A DNA stretch of 64,000 nucleotides from the NCBI GenBank assembly GCA_016712025.1, contig JADJRW010000009.1, forward strand, positions 16,066 to 80,065, in the 5' to 3' direction. The DNA is from Flavobacteriales bacterium (GTDB lineage: Bacteria > Bacteroidota > Bacteroidia > Flavobacteriales_F > PHOS-HE28). This document shows, piece by piece, positions 61,090 through 64,000 of this stretch (the stretch's first letter is position 1; every line of letters begins with the position of its first letter). The position numbers and the translations under genes are program-made. The notes under the pieces are model-generated. The model was given only the letters and a program-made list of their open reading frames with translations. It had not been told where the DNA came from and did no database searches.

Positions 61090-62540
61090 TTATGGAACGA
61101 GCAGCACTTTGCCGACGGCCAGCGTTCCATCACTGCCGCGCAACGTTACCACATACGTCCCGGGAGCGGTTCCGGGAAGGTCTATCCGTGCATGCGCGCA
61201 ATTGATCGCGCTCCGATGCACGCAGCGGCCGTTCATATCCAGCAGGCGCACTTCCGCCTGTCCATCGCTCATGGGTCTGTCTATCACAATGCCATGACCT
61301 GAAGGGTCCGCGACCACGCTGAGCATCGCTTCAACGGGCGCTTCAATTCCGGTCGCGAATTGTGGGGACCATGCGTAGATCACCACGCCGCCGAAATTGG
61401 AGTAGTACGGCTGACCAAGGAGCACGCTGTTGTTGAGGTAGCATGATACGACCAGGCCGCCGTGCGCGTCCACACCCCAGGCGACCGCCGTATCGTTCGG
61501 CACGATATGCCCACCTGCGAGCGCGGGCAGCATCGGGTCGGTGATGTTGTAGATGAGCAGTTCGCTGTCCGCGCCGCTCACGAAGAGTAGGCTGTCGCCC
61601 ATGGCGGTGACCAGTTCATTGGTGTGCCCGTCGCTGCCCAGCCAGGAGAGCCCGAAGCAGTTCCAAGGGTTCAGCCAGGCGACCTGGGTGATGTTCGTCG
61701 GATCACTGATGTCCACCACTTCCAACCCGCAATAGTCATAGGAGATGTAGGCCTTGGTGCCGACGAGCGTGATGTTGTTGTAGGCGTTCGGGGTGAAGAG
61801 CGGTGGGTGATCGGGATTGATGTACTGGCCGATCTGGGACATGCTGCCGGGTGTCGAGATGTCGATGGCGCGCAGGGCACCGGCATCGTAACACAGGTAA
61901 AGCACGTCGCCGTCGATGGCCATGCCGCGTGCGTTGGGCAGGTAGTTCACAATGCCCGGCCAGGTGGGGTCCGGTTGGAAGGAGCCGATCTCCTGGATAT
62001 TACCCGGATCGAACACGTTCAGGGCGATCACGCCATCGGTCATTCCGCCGAGGTAGGCGATGCCGCCGTCGATCAACACGATGGCACTGCCGGCGGTATA
62101 GGCCGGGCCGCCGTTCCATATATCGAGCACCACGGGCTGCGTGGGATCGCTCACCTCCACGATGGCAAGGCCGGTGGTCTGTGTGCTATCATCGAAACCA
62201 CCGAGCGCGACATAGAGCAAGGGGCCCACTTGTTCCACGTTCATCGCGTTCAGACCGTCGAGTTCGCCGAGGGTCAGCGTGTCCACGGGGATCGGCTGGG
62301 AGGGATCGCTGATGTCCAGTTCCACGAGCCCCGAGGTTCCAGCAGGCCATGTGGATGTAGGGTCGGTCCAACCGGTCGATCCGGCAGGGAGAAGGTGCTG
62401 CTGGAATAGTTGCCCAGCAAGTAAGGGTGTTGGTAGCGACCGACCTCTGTGAGCATGACAGTGTCGATCGCTTGGGCGCACATGAGCCGCGTGCCGACAA
62501 GAACGATGAGCGAAGCGATCGCCCGTCCAGGGATGATCAT
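61090..62540 (-). CDS. Beta-propeller (LVIVD-repeat-like) secreted protein with T9SS C-terminal domain, one apparent frameshift near 62400
   Basis: Signal peptide MIIPGRAIASLIVLVGTRLMCAQA is in ORF 62274..62675. Repeated D(I/L)S(D/T)P..P blocks typical of LVIVD repeats. C-terminal RLLDMNGRCVHRS...GTYVVTLRGSDGTLAVGKVLLVP is a T9SS CTD. Confidence 0.6.
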
Positions 62541-62581
62541 GCGGAGGCTTTCCCGAAAGGTAGCGCGACGCCCGGTCCCGC

Positions 62582-64000
62582 TCACTCCACCACCACCGGT
62601 TCGTCCTTGGGATGCTTCACGCTGTAGCTGAAGCCCAATTTCTTGGTGCCCTTCGGTTCGATGGACAGCTTCCACACGAGCGCACCCGTCTGTTCGTTCA
62701 CCGAGGCGCCTCCCGCATCCTCCAGCTTCACTTCCACTTCGCTGCGCGGGCTCAAGGGATATTGATCGCGCACTTCAAGATCGATCGCAGTGGCTTTCGT
62801 ATTGCGCACGGTGAGGTCCCAGCCGCGCGTCACGGTGCGCTTGCCGCCCAAGATGGTCTTATCGTCCGAGCCCTTGCGACGCACGCGTTCCACCACGACA
62901 CCCTTGTCACGTCCCAGGCTGATATCCAAGGTATCCTGCGGACGGCTCAGGTCCAGAAAGCTCTGGCCCACGTAGGTGCCTTCGAAGAACACGTTCGCCT
63001 GGCCCGGCAGCAGGTTCAGATCTTCCCAGCCGGTGGTGCGTGCATAGAGGAAGGCGTCCTTGTCCAGCTTCGGTGTGCAGTAGTGCTTGTAGCTGGCGGG
63101 TACCGTATGGGTCTTCACACCCACCATGTGGGCCATGCCGTCCGCAGGCACGCTGAAGGGTGCATCGATGGCGAACTCGACGGTGGTGGTGCGATACACC
63201 ACGGTATTGCTCACCTCGATCGAAGCGTCCATGTCCTCGCGGTTGTCGTAGGCGCCACCCATTTCCATGGAAGAGGGCGCTGCCGCTTTCATTGCGTCTT
63301 GCTCGCCGCGCGTTCGGCTCGCCCGCCCGATGGTCTCTAGCAGGATCGGTTGTTCGAGCACCCAGGCCTGGAGCTGCGGCATCACGCCGCCTTGTGTGGG
63401 GTTGCCGCTGCTGAGGGCGAGATCCACCTTCGTCCAGTCTTCACCGGTGTTGTTCAGCACCTGCGCCTTCATCAAGAGTTCGATGGGCTGGCCGGTGCCT
63501 TTGGCGCGCAGATCGTAAGCGGGGCTCCAACCAGCGCTGCGCACGAAATAGCCCAGGGTGAAGGTGGCGCCCACCTCGGCCTCGCTCGCGATCTCCACCA
63601 CGATCTCACTCGTAGGGCGCGGTGCTTGGGCCTGGAGCTGACCGAGCTGTTGGCGCAGTTTGTCCGCCTCCTCGCCGATGGCCGTGAGCTTCTCTTGTTG
63701 GGCGAGCCAGTTCGTCTTGGTCACCTTCAACCGCTCGCGCACATAGTCGTTCACGGCGGTGAGCTGTGCGGCGGTGAGGCCGTTCTGTTGTCCACCGATG
63801 CTGGAGTTCTTGCCCAACAACTGCTCTTCGTTCACCCACACATCCTGCATCGCCTTCTCGTAGGCCCAATCCTTTTCGAGCTTCTTCACACGCGCTTGCA
63901 TGTCTTCGATCTCCTTCTTCTTCGGGCTTTCGGTGAGGTAGTTGATCCGGTGGTTCACGCTCAGGATCGTGTAGCCGCCCTTGCCCGTGACCTGGATGCT
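62582..64000 (-). CDS. Conserved hypothetical protein (possibly DUF4139/DUF4140 'mucoidy-inhibitor-like' family), 5' end beyond window
   Basis: 458-aa ORF running to the window edge. N-terminal coiled-coil-like region then a beta-rich domain. The family assignment is from memory only and unverified. Confidence 0.4.
   Translation of the reverse strand, partial: SIQVTGKGGYTILSVNHRINYLTESPKKKEIEDMQARVKKLEKDWAYEKAMQDVWVNEEQLLGKNSSIGGQQNGLTAAQLTAVNDYVRERLKVTKTNWLAQQEKLTAIGEEADKLRQQLGQLQAQAPRPTSEIVVEIASEAEVGATFTLGYFVRSAGWSPAYDLRAKGTGQPIELLMKAQVLNNTGEDWTKVDLALSSGNPTQGGVMPQLQAWVLEQPILLETIGRASRTRGEQDAMKAAAPSSMEMGGAYDNREDMDASIEVSNTVVYRTTTVEFAIDAPFSVPADGMAHMVGVKTHTVPASYKHYCTPKLDKDAFLYARTTGWEDLNLLPGQANVFFEGTYVGQSFLDLSRPQDTLDISLGRDKGVVVERVRRKGSDDKTILGGKRTVTRGWDLTVRNTKATAIDLEVRDQYPLSPRSEVEVKLEDAGGASVNEQTGALVWKLSIEPKGTKKLGFSYSVKHPKDEPVVVE

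Overview
This is a 64-kb window of high-GC (~65-68%) DNA, most likely from a member of Bacteroidota/Rhodothermota. That call rests on many proteins carrying type IX secretion (T9SS) C-terminal sorting domains, TPR-sensor LytS-type kinases paired with LytTR regulators, HmuY-like/TonB receptor genes and a GEVED-domain surface protein.

The first ~14 kb is a textbook division/cell-wall (dcw) cluster on the + strand: ftsI(partial)-murE-mraY-murD-[stand-alone MurD C-terminal-domain paralog]-ftsW-murG-murC-ftsQ-ftsA-ftsZ. It is followed by a yqeY-like gene whose 3' end runs into a ~1-kb tract of nearly pure G/C homopolymers. That tract is almost certainly non-biological, or at least non-coding.

The rest of the window is accessory-like. 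Contents: a five-gene minus-strand module (two tandem periplasmic-TPR LytS-family histidine kinases, a small lipoprotein, a small secreted CarboxypepD_reg-like protein and a LytTR response regulator); two further paralogs of the small secreted protein elsewhere (one beside a decayed third TPR kinase); an OmpR-type two-component pair; a fragmented family-39/83 glycosyltransferase; a large T9SS-sorted surface protein built from near-identical 357-bp (119-aa) tandem repeats with an upstream GEVED domain; an HmuY-like/TonB-dependent-receptor/HmuY-like heme-uptake-like cluster; a second outer-membrane beta-barrel receptor; an RRM RNA-binding protein; a MacAB-like ABC exporter (HlyD adaptor, ATPase, two FtsX permeases); a Tat-exported ankyrin protein; a beta-lactamase-fold hydrolase; a GNAT acetyltransferase; an MBL-fold hydrolase; and three more T9SS-sorted proteins.

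The most interesting signal is a conserved pair of 12-bp direct repeats (AGCAAGTGGCGG, about 20-21 bp apart, fixed ~32-33-bp offset from a GTTTTG-type -7 element). It lies upstream of all three paralogous small secreted-protein genes and the lipoprotein gene of the LytTR module. This looks like a LytTR-box regulon, a previously undescribed secreted-protein signalling or autoregulatory circuit.

One caveat applies throughout: at least 12 otherwise well-conserved genes, including essential ftsI, carry single-nucleotide frameshifts, so the consensus has many indel errors. Most 'pseudogenes' here should not be trusted without read-level support. In this high-GC DNA the ORF track also contains many long antisense or overlapping frames that are not genes.
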